A stretch of 64,000 nt of DNA from Candidatus Saccharimonadota bacterium (lineage in GTDB: Bacteria; Patescibacteriota; Saccharimonadia; Saccharimonadales; Saccharimonadaceae): contig DAICYC010000001.1 in the NCBI GenBank assembly GCA_027311865.1, forward strand, positions 33,880 to 97,879, in the 5' to 3' direction. This document shows positions 11,443 through 21,143 of the stretch, one piece after another. Below the pieces are notes generated by a model. The model had not been told where the DNA came from. It did not search any database and worked only from the letters and a program-made list of their open reading frames with translations. How positions within the stretch are numbered: position 1 is the first letter of the stretch; each line of letters begins with the position of its first letter. The position numbers and the translations under genes were made by a program.

Positions 11443-11516
11443 AAATCTCTCCAGTCACTTAGGTTTTATTCCAATTGTCTCTATTATATCAAAGCCCGAC
11501 AGAGGTACCAATTCAG

Positions 11517-12752
11517 CTAAAAATACCGCGTGCCGCCAAAGGGAATCTTCGGCGTTAAATAGCCATTCGTCGGCAAGGTATGTGCCGAATGAACTGTTCG
11601 TTCGCCGTATCGCTGATTAACTAGGTCTATCGCCCGCGTGACGCTCCTCTCCCGCGCCAACTTATCCTGAAAAATACTCAACTGGTTATCCACCACCGGC
11701 TCAAGTTCATAACAATGAACACCGATCACCCGGATGCCACTGCCGGGAGCTCGCCTGATAATGTCCTTCGCCAGTGCGTAGATTGTTTGATTAGACTGAA
11801 AGGGGACGGAGCTCATAGTCGAACTGTGCCAATAGCCATAATCTTCACTTTTAACAAAAACATAAACTCCTCGGGCCATGCGTTGCTGACCTCTGAGCCG
11901 ACCACCAACTGATTCGCATAGATTATGGAGTCGTTGCTCAATCTGCTCTTGGGTCAAGCCTCTGTGCTCCAAAACATACTGACGACCCACTCGCTTCATA
12001 TCGTAATCAACGTCGTCAACCTCCCACCCCCGCAAACGCCTGTACCACCACTCGCCAACGACACTCTTGAAAACCATCTTCTGCAAGACTTCTGGTTTGG
12101 CAGCGATAAATTCAAGCGGCGTGTAAATACCGACACTGTTGAGTCGACGTTGATTACGCTTGGCAATGCCCGTCAGATCGGTCAGTTTCAATTGATTCAT
12201 AACCAGCTCTAAATTATCAGCTGTAATGACGTCCAAGCCGTCCGGCTTGTTTAATCCGGCCGCTGTTTTTGCCAGAAACCGATTGGTCGCGATTCCGACA
12301 TTACACCGCATCCAGACGCCAATCTCATCGCGTAAACGCTGTTTTATCTCCTGCCCAATTTCAACCAAATCACGCTCCAGCATTGCTGCTGTTGCGTAGT
12401 TAAAATCGATGACTCCTTCATCAATACTCTTCATCGTTACGTGAGCTGAGTAATCGCGCATAATATCGAGCAACTTGTGGTAAACGTACTTATATTTAGC
12501 TGGGTCACTTTCGACGGCAATCAAATCCGGGCAGACAGCCTTGGCTTCTCGATAGCGCATACCAACTTTTATGCCATACGCCTTAGCCTCATAGCTGGCC
12601 GTAATAATCGACGTGAACTCCGTACGTCGATTGAGCACAGCTACCGGACGGCCTCGCAAGCGCGGTCGGGCTTGCTGTTCAACAGTCGCAAAACAACTAT
12701 TCAAATCGATATGCATAATCAAAGGCCGTGCGCGATTCAAGTTATCAATCAT
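11517..12752 (-). CDS. dinB: Y-family DNA polymerase IV (DinB)
   Basis: HIDLNSCFATVEQ, ASYEAKAYG, SIDEG, LAKTAAGLNKPDG. Confidence 0.93.
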   Translation of the reverse strand: MIDNLNRARPLIMHIDLNSCFATVEQQARPRLRGRPVAVLNRRTEFTSIITASYEAKAYGIKVGMRYREAKAVCPDLIAVESDPAKYKYVYHKLLDIMRDYSAHVTMKSIDEGVIDFNYATAAMLERDLVEIGQEIKQRLRDEIGVWMRCNVGIATNRFLAKTAAGLNKPDGLDVITADNLELVMNQLKLTDLTGIAKRNQRRLNSVGIYTPLEFIAAKPEVLQKMVFKSVVGEWWYRRLRGWEVDDVDYDMKRVGRQYVLEHRGLTQEQIEQRLHNLCESVGGRLRGQQRMARGVYVFVKSEDYGYWHSSTMSSVPFQSNQTIYALAKDIIRRAPGSGIRVIGVHCYELEPVVDNQLSIFQDKLARERSVTRAIDLVNQRYGERTVHSAHTLPTNGYLTPKIPFGGTRYF

Positions 12753-13014
12753 AGTGATCAGCCTCCAAGGTCAACATCCACGTCAGCCTTTCACTGTCGA
12801 ACTCCAACCGATAATCAGCGCCGCCGTCAGTTACGTCGAAAACGTGAATTGTTCTTCGACCTTTGACGACCGGGTGCTTGAGACCTAGTTCAGCTACTTC
12901 AACTACTCGACCACTGGGACGTTTGAAACGTAATGGTCGACAGGGGTGATGACCGCTACCGAAAACAGTCACCACCTCCACCCGCTCATTCAAGAAAATT
13001 TCGTCATTCATCAC
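12745..13014 (-). CDS. Small beta-rich protein coupled to dinB
   Basis: 89 aa; 8-nt overlap with dinB start; SD-like GAGG upstream. Confidence 0.75.
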   Translation of the reverse strand: MMNDEIFLNERVEVVTVFGSGHHPCRPLRFKRPSGRVVEVAELGLKHPVVKGRRTIHVFDVTDGGADYRLEFDSERLTWMLTLEADHYD

Positions 13015-13232
13015 CCAAGATTCCTCTATTAATTATCTAGAGAAACGTTTCTGATTGTGATGCCCGTTCGATTCGTCCGTTCCTAACGATCGTCCGAAGA
13101 CATAGAATGACCTAGCACGAGGGACGCTTTACCGAGCCGGCCAGTGTGTGTCGTGTGGTTAATCCTATTATAACTCTGATTTAACGATGTCGACAAATCC
13201 TTATATAATAGTAAGGACAGGAGGTCAAAGCT

Positions 13233-13580
13233 ATGCAAGATAATATCCGTCAATTGATCAAACAAATTGAGGCCGACGAGGTTAACATCAAGTCGCTCGA
13301 GAGCCAAACCGAAATCGAGCGTGTTCGCATGCAAGATGCCTATAATGCCGGTGACGAAGCTAGGGGTAAATTCTCCGAAACACAAGTTCATAAAAACGAG
13401 TTGCGGATTAATGAACTTCAGAGTGAATTATCTAATCTTCAGAACCTAAAAGCCGACGCCGAAGCCCGCCTCGCCAGCCTCGAACAAGAACGAACCAATC
13501 TAGTTACCGAACACGAACAACGGCTAGTCCAACTTGATACCGAAATATCCCGTCTCAAAGGTGGTATGACCGCCCTCTAA
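13233..13580 (+). CDS. Hypothetical coiled-coil protein
   Basis: GGAGG SD and TATAAT upstream; heptad-rich. Confidence 0.75.
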   Translation: MQDNIRQLIKQIEADEVNIKSLESQTEIERVRMQDAYNAGDEARGKFSETQVHKNELRINELQSELSNLQNLKADAEARLASLEQERTNLVTEHEQRLVQLDTEISRLKGGMTAL

Positions 13581-13628
13581 GAGCTAGTCAAATCTCCCCG
13601 TCTCTGCTAGAATCTACTCTGTACCTAT

Positions 13629-13705
13629 GGCAGCGTAGCTCAGTTGGTTAGAGCGTAGGACTCATAAGCCTAAGGTCACTGGTTCAATCCCAGTCGCTGC
13701 TACCA
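13629..13705 (+). tRNA. tRNA-Met (CAU), probably elongator
   Basis: Cloverleaf GGCAGCG/CGCTGCT, anticodon loop CTCATAA, TTCAATC T-loop, encoded CCA. Confidence 0.92.
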
Positions 13706-13708
13706 AAG

Positions 13709-13740
13709 AAAGCGCCCCACATCACCGTGGGGCTTTTTCT
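13709..13740. terminator. Intrinsic terminator between tRNA-Met and the convergent pspC-like gene
   Basis: GCCCCAC...GTGGGGC stem followed by T tract. Confidence 0.75.
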
Positions 13741-13756
13741 ATTTATGAAATATCAC

Positions 13757-15334
13757 CTATTCATCCATCGATGAATCATCGATTGAAATATCATAGCAAG
13801 GTCCGTCAACCGACCGAGTGGTCGTTTGGGCGCCATTCAATTGATAGGTCGGCATCAATACACTATTAATATCGACCTCCGCCACGGCGCCGGCAGCACA
13901 AGCCTCGGCGGTGGTGACTGCTAGAGATTTAATATTTCCCAAGGCAACACTAGCCTTGTCGGATACCGTCACGTCTACAGTCGACAAAGCCGCCGCATCG
14001 GCGATTAGTCGCGCCGAATCCCCCAAGGTTGCCACAAAGTTTTCAATACGCGACTCATCGACCGAAACAGTCGCTGAGTTGTCGGCTTTTACCCGAAAGG
14101 AATTCTGATCATCCACCAGGTACGAAATGTAACCGTTGTTAATAGAAATCTCGTCCAATGCCGGCCCATGAACAGTTACACCGGCACTGAGACCTTGAAT
14201 AATTTCCTCGTCATCAGCAATGACAATCTTGGCCGCATCCCCCGTGACAGTAACCGAGGCTTTAGCAGAATCTCGATGTATTCGTTGCTTGATTGTGGCG
14301 GCCAACGGATCAACAATATACGTCACGCTAGCAAACTCTGGCGCCTCAACCTGAAGTTTCTTGATCTTGTTAAAGTCAGTCGGCAGACGATCAACGTGAT
14401 TTACCATATTTAGCTGAGCCGCTTCAATCTCTAACCTATCTTGCCAACGAAGGCCAGTTATGGCGGCTCCAAACGAGATCAAGCCAAGCAAAGTTATCAC
14501 CACGGCACTAATCCAGATTCGCTTGTTAAATTTTTGCGAAAAAGCTGCATAGGCCACAACCAGTGACAGGGCGACCAGTAGCGCGCCGCTAATGTACATC
14601 AAAGTCAGGGGAGTGCGGTAAGCCTCAACATTAGCCACGTCCTGACCGATGACCAATTGAGCCGTCACAATCAATATTGCGGCGGTTGCACCAATCGCCA
14701 CTATCGACGCCCCTATGCCGACAACGATTGTCACAATGCGCTTCACTAAAGCGCTGCGGCGTTCCAAATCAATCGATGAGTCAGCTTCGTTAATTTGTCG
14801 AATCGAGTCAATCGTCACTGGCCGTCCAGCTAACTGTAGCTTCTCGGCGGCAGTTCTGGCGGGCGGGATTATCAACCAGGCGACAGCGTAAAACAGAGCC
14901 GCAAAACCAACTGAAGCAAACAGCAGTACTATAAAAATTAATCTTAGCCATAGAACATCAACTCGAAGATAGCTGGCCATGCCACTCAGGACGCCACCAA
15001 ACATCGCTCCATTCGGGTTGCGGTAGAGTCGGCGCACACCTGCGCTAGCCAACAATTCATCACCAATCTCGGCCGACCCCTCATCGGTCAGAAATTCTTT
15101 CGGCTCACCCAACTGTTCACGAATCGCCTCGACATCGGCTTCTGATATCACAGCCTCCTGTTTGACGCCACGTTCCGACAATAATTCGGTTATTCGGATT
15201 TCAATATCCTGAAGCAGTTCGGTATCGGCTGTATAAGCCTCTAACGCCTCGATATACTTTTCAAGCTGTCGCTTGGCTGAAAGCTCCACACTGTAGGGGA
15301 CCTTGGCGATATGAATTCTTGTTATGTCTTTCAT
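13757..15334 (-). CDS. PspC-domain membrane protein with extracellular beta-repeat C-terminus
   Basis: DIEIRITELL N-domain; RRLYRN...GGVLSGMASYL...WLIIP PspC domain; several TMs. Confidence 0.85.
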   Translation of the reverse strand: MKDITRIHIAKVPYSVELSAKRQLEKYIEALEAYTADTELLQDIEIRITELLSERGVKQEAVISEADVEAIREQLGEPKEFLTDEGSAEIGDELLASAGVRRLYRNPNGAMFGGVLSGMASYLRVDVLWLRLIFIVLLFASVGFAALFYAVAWLIIPPARTAAEKLQLAGRPVTIDSIRQINEADSSIDLERRSALVKRIVTIVVGIGASIVAIGATAAILIVTAQLVIGQDVANVEAYRTPLTLMYISGALLVALSLVVAYAAFSQKFNKRIWISAVVITLLGLISFGAAITGLRWQDRLEIEAAQLNMVNHVDRLPTDFNKIKKLQVEAPEFASVTYIVDPLAATIKQRIHRDSAKASVTVTGDAAKIVIADDEEIIQGLSAGVTVHGPALDEISINNGYISYLVDDQNSFRVKADNSATVSVDESRIENFVATLGDSARLIADAAALSTVDVTVSDKASVALGNIKSLAVTTAEACAAGAVAEVDINSVLMPTYQLNGAQTTTRSVDGPCYDISIDDSSMDE

Positions 15335-15343
15335 AATTCTCCT

Positions 15344-15688
15344 TTATAACTTCTCTAAGGTTGATTGTAGGGCGGCGATCTTGGCGCTCATTAGTTCAGC
15401 AACCTCAGCGCCATGGGCGGTGGTGCGATAGTACTTGCGAGGCGGTCCGTTTTCGCTTTCTTGCCATTCGTGGGTCAGGAGGCCATCTTTTTGTAGCCGC
15501 GATAACAGCGGGTATATTGTGCCTTCAACAACAACCAGTTCAGCCGCCTGAAGCTGACGGATAATGTCGCTGGTGTATTTGGCTTGTTTATCACAGACCC
15601 TGAGCACGCAGTAGGCGAGAAAGCCTTTCTTTAACTGCACAGCCAATTGCTCGGCATAAGCTTCGCTAGATAATCCTTTTTCAGTCAT
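15344..15688 (-). CDS. PadR family transcriptional regulator
   Basis: QLKKG, EGTIYPLLSRL, GPPRKYY. Confidence 0.95.
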   Translation of the reverse strand: MTEKGLSSEAYAEQLAVQLKKGFLAYCVLRVCDKQAKYTSDIIRQLQAAELVVVEGTIYPLLSRLQKDGLLTHEWQESENGPPRKYYRTTAHGAEVAELMSAKIAALQSTLEKL

Positions 15689-15788
15689 GGTTCTATGTTA
15701 TACATAGTACTAGACAAAGTCAACAACCGATTTCCTGTCAAATAAAAAACCACCTACTCGGAGATGGTTTTTCATTCAAGTCTATTTC

Positions 15789-15932
15789 TTATAACGATAC
15801 GCGACTGAGCAAGGCTTCACGTTTCTCAATAAACGATTTTAATTCCTCGTCGCTACGTTCTCGATTCCACGAATCAAGCTCTAATAAATCGCTTAGTGTA
15901 ACTTGTTCGATTTGGCTGTTTGAGGTTTCCAT
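15789..15932 (-). CDS. Possible 47-aa small protein (METSNSQIEQVTLSDLLELD...)
   Basis: Open frame read by eye, followed by a terminator hairpin at about 15745-15772; no homology support. Confidence 0.45.
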   Translation of the reverse strand: METSNSQIEQVTLSDLLELDSWNRERSDEELKSFIEKREALLSRVSL

Positions 15933-16157
15933 GACTTTTTAATGTGCCTTTTTTGTTTTTTATTGTTTGATATTCTTATTTAAGCACAAACGTCATAAAA
16001 AGTCAATAGCATCCCACAGTTTTATAGAATCCGCCTCCAGTATTGACACTACATTGACATTAATCTGATAATATGTTAATATACCGAAGCTTGAATTAAT
16101 TTGGATTTAATTCGATTTTCAACGCACCTTAAGTTGTTAGAGAGAAAGGACTCCGCG

Positions 16158-17252
16158 GTGAGCCTGTCGGTAGTGGCACTGATTCCTGCCTACAAAGAGG
16201 AGGAGACAATCGGGGCTACTATTGAAGCCCTGCTGAACCAAGATCGTGTTCCGGACGCTATCGTGGTCATCCCCAACGGGTGCCCCGATCGGACGCCCGA
16301 AATCGTTCGCGATTACGTTAGTCGCGATTCGCGAATCGTTTCCTACGAGCTTCCCAAGCTCGAGCACAAGAAACCGCAGGCACTGAACCTAGCCTGGAAC
16401 AAGTTCGATTACGTCCGCGAGGCTGATATTGTCATCTGTCTCGATGGCGATACCGTATTACCCGCCAATGCCATTGGTGACTGGGAGCGAGAGTTCCAAG
16501 TCACCGCCAAGCTCGGCGGCTCCAGCTCAAAGTTCACGATGCTCGGTGGAGACTTTTTAACGAGACTCCAACGATCGGAATTTGCCAAATGGACCGATAC
16601 CGCCCTACGCCGTGGCTACACCACGGTTCTGGCTGGTACCGGCTGCGCCATCAGTGGTCAAGCCCTACGGGAAGTAGTGGCAACAACCAATCGGTTCGGC
16701 CCCTGGTCCTACGATTCACAAGTCGAGGATTTCGAACTGACCTACCAAATCCGCAAGCTAGGTTATTCCTGTCGGGTATCACCGACAGTGAGGGCCTACA
16801 CCGACTCCATGAAGGAACTCAACTCCCTCTGGAATCAGCGCATGAAGTGGCAGGTTGGTACCGTCGAAGATCTACTATCAATCGGTGTCAATCGCTTGAC
16901 ATTGGTTGATTGGTATCAACAAGCCGTCGGCCTCCTCATGGCCTTCGTCCGGATCCTCTGGGTTGTCCTCATCGTTCTACAGATCTCGATCGGAATTTTC
17001 CACTTCAGCATGCTGTGGTGGTTGATCATTCCGATAGTTTTTGCTGTAGGCGAAGGACTGATGACCTTCCGGATTCCCCATCGTGATCGATGGGACGTTG
17101 TGTACGGGTTTGCAATTTTTCCTCAAGAAATCTTCGCAACACTCCGTTCGGGATGGTTCTTGGCAGCCTGGGCATCAGTCCTGCTGTCAAAGATTACCGG
17201 CCGTCGTAAAGACCGCTGGAGTCTGCAGTATGCCGCCGAGGCTAAAGTCTAG
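16158..17252 (+). CDS. Processive GT2 glycosyltransferase (PgaC/IcaA-like polysaccharide synthase)
   Basis: IPAYKEE, DGD, VEDFELT, QRMKW (QxxRW-like), C-terminal TMs; GTG start after AAGGA. Confidence 0.88.
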   Translation: MSLSVVALIPAYKEEETIGATIEALLNQDRVPDAIVVIPNGCPDRTPEIVRDYVSRDSRIVSYELPKLEHKKPQALNLAWNKFDYVREADIVICLDGDTVLPANAIGDWEREFQVTAKLGGSSSKFTMLGGDFLTRLQRSEFAKWTDTALRRGYTTVLAGTGCAISGQALREVVATTNRFGPWSYDSQVEDFELTYQIRKLGYSCRVSPTVRAYTDSMKELNSLWNQRMKWQVGTVEDLLSIGVNRLTLVDWYQQAVGLLMAFVRILWVVLIVLQISIGIFHFSMLWWLIIPIVFAVGEGLMTFRIPHRDRWDVVYGFAIFPQEIFATLRSGWFLAAWASVLLSKITGRRKDRWSLQYAAEAKV

Positions 17253-17280
17253 TTTCGGCTCTGTAAAGAAGGAGAAAGTC

Positions 17281-17448
17281 ATGTATGGTGCCTCAGTTGG
17301 TACAGGCGTTTCGGGCGCCGGACTGATGATGTTCGGGATCACCATCGGATCACAATTCCTGATTGCATTCGCAATCGTTGTGCTCGCGATGATGCTGTGG
17401 ATCCTGGCGCGCAACGTCACCCGGCGAGCCGACCATCAGCGGCCCTAA
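17281..17448 (+). CDS. 55-aa Gly-rich single-TM peptide downstream of the GT2
   Basis: AAGGAG SD, ATG 17281, Gly-rich N-terminus, TM, basic tail; terminator follows. Confidence 0.7.
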   Translation: MYGASVGTGVSGAGLMMFGITIGSQFLIAFAIVVLAMMLWILARNVTRRADHQRP

Positions 17449-17462
17449 GCCGTCGTCATGAT

Positions 17463-17502
17463 GCCCCCGTGTTAATGCCGTAAGGCCCCTTAACACGGGG
17501 GC
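17463..17502 (+). terminator. Hairpin GCCCCCGTGTTAA/TTAACACGGGGGC
   Basis: 13-bp perfect stem after the peptide gene. Confidence 0.65.
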
Positions 17503-17634
17503 TCACCCCTCTCTAACAACTTATTCAATCTATAAAGACGACAACTGTCGTCTATTTATTTTTCTTAAATATATGTTATAATTACCACACGACTACTGTC
17601 GAGCTCTTTAATCTCACGACCAACCGAAAGGCAA

Positions 17635-18333
17635 GTGATGAAAAACTCTTTTCGAACAGGCATTGTCGCCGTTTCGGCGCTCCTCGTGGCCGCGCTGTGG
17701 ACCACACTCCTACAGCCAGAGCCAGACCTTGCTGGTGACAATCGCGCCAACACCGTGACCACACCACCTGTAGTGGCACCATCGTCGACCCTGAGCCCCG
17801 ATGTTATTCTGCGGCCAAGTGACGAACCGGTCACAATCAGCACTCGAGAGTCTCCCGAACAATCAATCGTCGCCAGCGAAATCACCCGTCTACGAATCCC
17901 ATCAACCGGTATCAACGTAGGGTCATCGGGCGAAACTTGGCCGCGTCAATCAAATCGCTGCCAAGCATCGAAAGAATGTATCGACCCACCAAATCTGAAT
18001 GAAATTGCCTGGTACGGTGCGTATGCCCTGCCGCAACTCCCCTCGCCAAGTTCCGTAATCCTATACGGACACAGCAACCGATTCAGCGCCGTCGAACAGG
18101 CTTTCAACCAGCTACCAGACACAAAAGTTGGCGACAAGGTCATCATCGAGACTCAGACTGGTGTATTCACGTACAGAGTTCACACCAACACTCTAGTCGG
18201 ATACGACATCATCGCCGAGTCCGAACAAGTCTACTGGCCTGTTCCCGATCAGCTTGTTTTGATAACTTGCAATTATCAAGCCGACGCCGCCACGGTTGTA
18301 ATCGCTCATCTCGAGTCAGCTTCATCAGCTTGA
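17635..18333 (+). CDS. Sortase, class F-like
   Basis: N-terminal TM, RLRIPS, IAWY, ILYGHS (His), LVLITC (Cys). Confidence 0.85.
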   Translation: MMKNSFRTGIVAVSALLVAALWTTLLQPEPDLAGDNRANTVTTPPVVAPSSTLSPDVILRPSDEPVTISTRESPEQSIVASEITRLRIPSTGINVGSSGETWPRQSNRCQASKECIDPPNLNEIAWYGAYALPQLPSPSSVILYGHSNRFSAVEQAFNQLPDTKVGDKVIIETQTGVFTYRVHTNTLVGYDIIAESEQVYWPVPDQLVLITCNYQADAATVVIAHLESASSA

Positions 18334-18360
18334 GATTGACGGTCGTGATTAAATTGAGCT

Positions 18361-18385
18361 AAGGCGCACCAAACGGTGCGCCTTT
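18361..18385 (+). terminator. Terminator after the sortase gene
   Basis: AAGGCGCACC/GGTGCGCCTT stem. Confidence 0.7.
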
Positions 18386-18461
18386 CAATTTGGTAACATC
18401 TTTGACGTCATCCTTATGCTTATGGTATAAAAAGGTAGAGGAAATCTGAAAATAAACAATT

Positions 18462-19175
18462 ATGGACATCATCAGCTCGCTCGCTATTATCAGCTTCGCG
18501 GCACTCATCCACGCTAGTTTTCAATTGAGCGTTAGTGTACTAACTCTCATATCTGGACACGCTCTCGGATCGCAAAAATCTCACCGACGACTAGTCGCTT
18601 TGACAGCCAGCTTCGTTTTTGGGGCGGTGTTGATGAGCCTTCTACTGCTATCAACCATTGCCCTAGTCGCTAATCAGTTCACAGATGGTTCGATTGGTAA
18701 TTATCTTTGGATTGCTGCTTGTAGCCTGCTTATAGGTGTCGGCTTCGCAGTTATGTTTCTCTACTATCGCAACGAAGACGGCACGGGCCTATGGATACCT
18801 GAATCATTCGCCGACTACTTGATGCGTCGCACCAAAGCCACCAAGAGCACTACCGAAACCTTTGCCCTCGGTCAAACTAGCGTTATCAGCGAAATCTTAT
18901 TCATCAGCGCACCTCTTTTGGTCAGCGCCCTGACATTGGTTCAGCTTCCGGCCGGCTGGCAACTAATCGGTATTGCTGTTTATGCTGTCATTTCAGCGCT
19001 GCCGTTAATCCTTATTTGGATTTTGGTCAACAGCGGTCATCGTCTCAGCGCCATTCAAAAATGGCGTGAAAGTAACAAGCACTTCATTCAGCTAGCTTCC
19101 GGCAGCGGCTTAATTATTCTAGCTGTATTTGTCTATACTTGGATGGTTTTATCGAGCGGAGTTAATCTGAGCTAA
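18462..19175 (+). CDS. Multi-pass membrane protein (LysE/CcdA/GAP-like 3+3 TM organisation)
   Basis: About six TM segments with a central loop; family not certain. Confidence 0.6.
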   Translation: MDIISSLAIISFAALIHASFQLSVSVLTLISGHALGSQKSHRRLVALTASFVFGAVLMSLLLLSTIALVANQFTDGSIGNYLWIAACSLLIGVGFAVMFLYYRNEDGTGLWIPESFADYLMRRTKATKSTTETFALGQTSVISEILFISAPLLVSALTLVQLPAGWQLIGIAVYAVISALPLILIWILVNSGHRLSAIQKWRESNKHFIQLASGSGLIILAVFVYTWMVLSSGVNLS

Positions 19176-19468
19176 TGAATGACTTGGGTGGGCCAACAAT
19201 CATTATCAAGCAGCGGCACCACAAAGGTGCGGAACAATTTGATCAAGCCAAACTGCACAAGAGTCTGGTCGCGGCCTGCCTGGAAGCCGGCAGTCCAAAC
19301 GGACATGCCGACCAATTAGCTCGACGAGTTGTGGATTCAGTCATCTTGTGGCTCAAAGATCATCCCGAAGTCACTAGTCAGGACGTTCGTCGAGCGGCCG
19401 CTCGGTATTTGCGAATCTATCATCCTGACGCAGCTTATCTTTATGAACATCACCGTAAAATTCTTTAA
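19175..19468 (+). CDS. Stand-alone ATP-cone domain protein (NrdR C-terminal-like)
   Basis: IIKQR...EQFDQAKLHKSL...EVTSQDVR...AAYLY. Confidence 0.75.
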   Translation: MNDLGGPTIIIKQRHHKGAEQFDQAKLHKSLVAACLEAGSPNGHADQLARRVVDSVILWLKDHPEVTSQDVRRAAARYLRIYHPDAAYLYEHHRKIL

Positions 19469-19485
19469 TAGGAGATCTCGTTACT

Positions 19486-20862
19486 ATGGCCACTAAACAC
19501 ACTTTTGACTACGACCTGATTGTAATTGGCAGCGGCGCTGGTGGCAGTGCAGCCGCCACAATTGCAGCACGTGACGGTAAACGAGTGGCCATCGTTGAAA
19601 ATGACACCTTCGGTGGCGAATCACCCAATTGGAGCGATGTACCGACCAAAGCCTTGATTCATGTCGCTCGACTCTACGACGAAGCCCGTCACGCCAGTCG
19701 ATTTGGACTTCGGACCTCAACTCTCGGCTACAATTACCCGTCTATTCGAGCCTGGAAAGAACAAGCCGTCAAGCGAACCGGGGCCGCCAACAATCGCCGC
19801 TACTATGAAAACAATGGCATCAGTGCCTTTCACGGCACCGCTCGCTTCATCAGTCCGCACGAAATCACCGTCAATCGACGCCATTTGTCAGCTAGCAACT
19901 TCCTTATCGCCACCGGCTCCAGTTGGATGGTTCCAAAAATCCAAGGCTTGACGGAAATTGACTATTTCACGCCGCGGACCATTCTCGAAGCGATTCGACC
20001 GCCAAAGAGTCTGGCTGTTATTGGCGCTGGTTCACACGGCGTTGAGATTGCCAACCTCATGGCGACTTTTGGAACTAAAGTCCACCTGATTGATAAAGCC
20101 AGCCGCATTTTACCAAACTTCGATAAAGAGGTCGGTGAATTAATCGAAAAGAATCTGACTGACCGTAAAGGCGTATCCGTCTTGACCCATAGCCGAGTAT
20201 TGTCGGTAAGCAAAGAAGGTATCAGCAAGCGAGTCCTGATCGATCGCGGCGGCAGCGAACGTTCCATCAAAGTCGACGAAATATTAATTGCCACCGGCCG
20301 CCGTGCCAATGTCGACCTTGGCCTCGAGAATGCTTCCGTCGCCTATACAGCTGATGGCATTAAGGTGTCCGACACCCTTCAAACTAGCAATCGTCACATC
20401 TATGCAGCCGGCGATGTCATCGGTCGTGTCAAAACGACCCATACCGCACTGCTCGAGAGTCGGGTAGTCGCCCATAATGTCTTTAACCGCACCAAGGTCA
20501 CGCCCGATTACACCGCGACACCTAATATTGTTTTCGCTTATCCGGAAATCGCCCATGTTGGCTGGAGTGAGGATGACTGTCGACGTCGTGATTTAAATAT
20601 TAACAAAACCATCGCTCCGCTGTCGATTATTGCTCGGAGCAACACGGCTGACTACCGTGACGGCTTTGTCAAACTCATCACCGATAAAAAAGGCATCATC
20701 ATTGGCGGCACTGTTGTCTCTCCGCACGCCGGTGAGATGATTCACGAAATCGGGCTGGCGATTAAACACGGCCTGTCCGCTAAAGATTTAGCTGATACTC
20801 CGCACGCCTTCTTGTCGTGGTCTGAAGCTGTCCGTGTCGCCGCCTCCCGACTCAGCGCTTAG
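19486..20862 (+). CDS. Pyridine nucleotide-disulfide oxidoreductase family flavoprotein lacking the redox cysteines
   Basis: GSGAGG FAD motif, ATGS, GAGSHG NAD motif, IYAAGD; GGESPNWSDVP in place of GGxCxNxGCxP. Confidence 0.88.
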   Translation: MATKHTFDYDLIVIGSGAGGSAAATIAARDGKRVAIVENDTFGGESPNWSDVPTKALIHVARLYDEARHASRFGLRTSTLGYNYPSIRAWKEQAVKRTGAANNRRYYENNGISAFHGTARFISPHEITVNRRHLSASNFLIATGSSWMVPKIQGLTEIDYFTPRTILEAIRPPKSLAVIGAGSHGVEIANLMATFGTKVHLIDKASRILPNFDKEVGELIEKNLTDRKGVSVLTHSRVLSVSKEGISKRVLIDRGGSERSIKVDEILIATGRRANVDLGLENASVAYTADGIKVSDTLQTSNRHIYAAGDVIGRVKTTHTALLESRVVAHNVFNRTKVTPDYTATPNIVFAYPEIAHVGWSEDDCRRRDLNINKTIAPLSIIARSNTADYRDGFVKLITDKKGIIIGGTVVSPHAGEMIHEIGLAIKHGLSAKDLADTPHAFLSWSEAVRVAASRLSA

Positions 20863-20906
20863 GGTCTTGTCACCCCTCTTCCAATCTGATATGATAGGGA
20901 ACGTAT

Positions 20907-20984
20907 CGCGGGGTGGAGCAGCCCGGTCAGCTCGTGTGGCTCATAACCACAAGGTCGTAGGTTCAAATCCTACCCCCGCAACCA
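20907..20984 (+). tRNA. Initiator tRNA-fMet (CAU)
   Basis: CGCGGGG...CCCCGCA-ACCA with C1:A72 mismatch, GGAGCAGCC D-arm, CTCATAA loop. Confidence 0.93.
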
Positions 20985-21143
20985 AGTAAGCAGTCGATCC
21001 CTGAGATCGGCTTTTTACTTGCACTCTTCCATTTCTGCCGAATTTGTGCTATAATTAATCTATTGTCTAATGATCTTGGGTGCTGTAAATGCATGAACTC
21101 GATATCATGCACAATCAGTAACTACAATTAATCAAGGAATTAT

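Noticed and set aside
13041..13052. Gram-positive LexA box upstream of dinB
   Set aside because: The palindrome does not fit GAAC-N4-GTTC and no copy was seen upstream of recA
19486..20862. Annotation as lpdA or merA
   Set aside because: Both active-site cysteines and the C-terminal catalytic residues are missing
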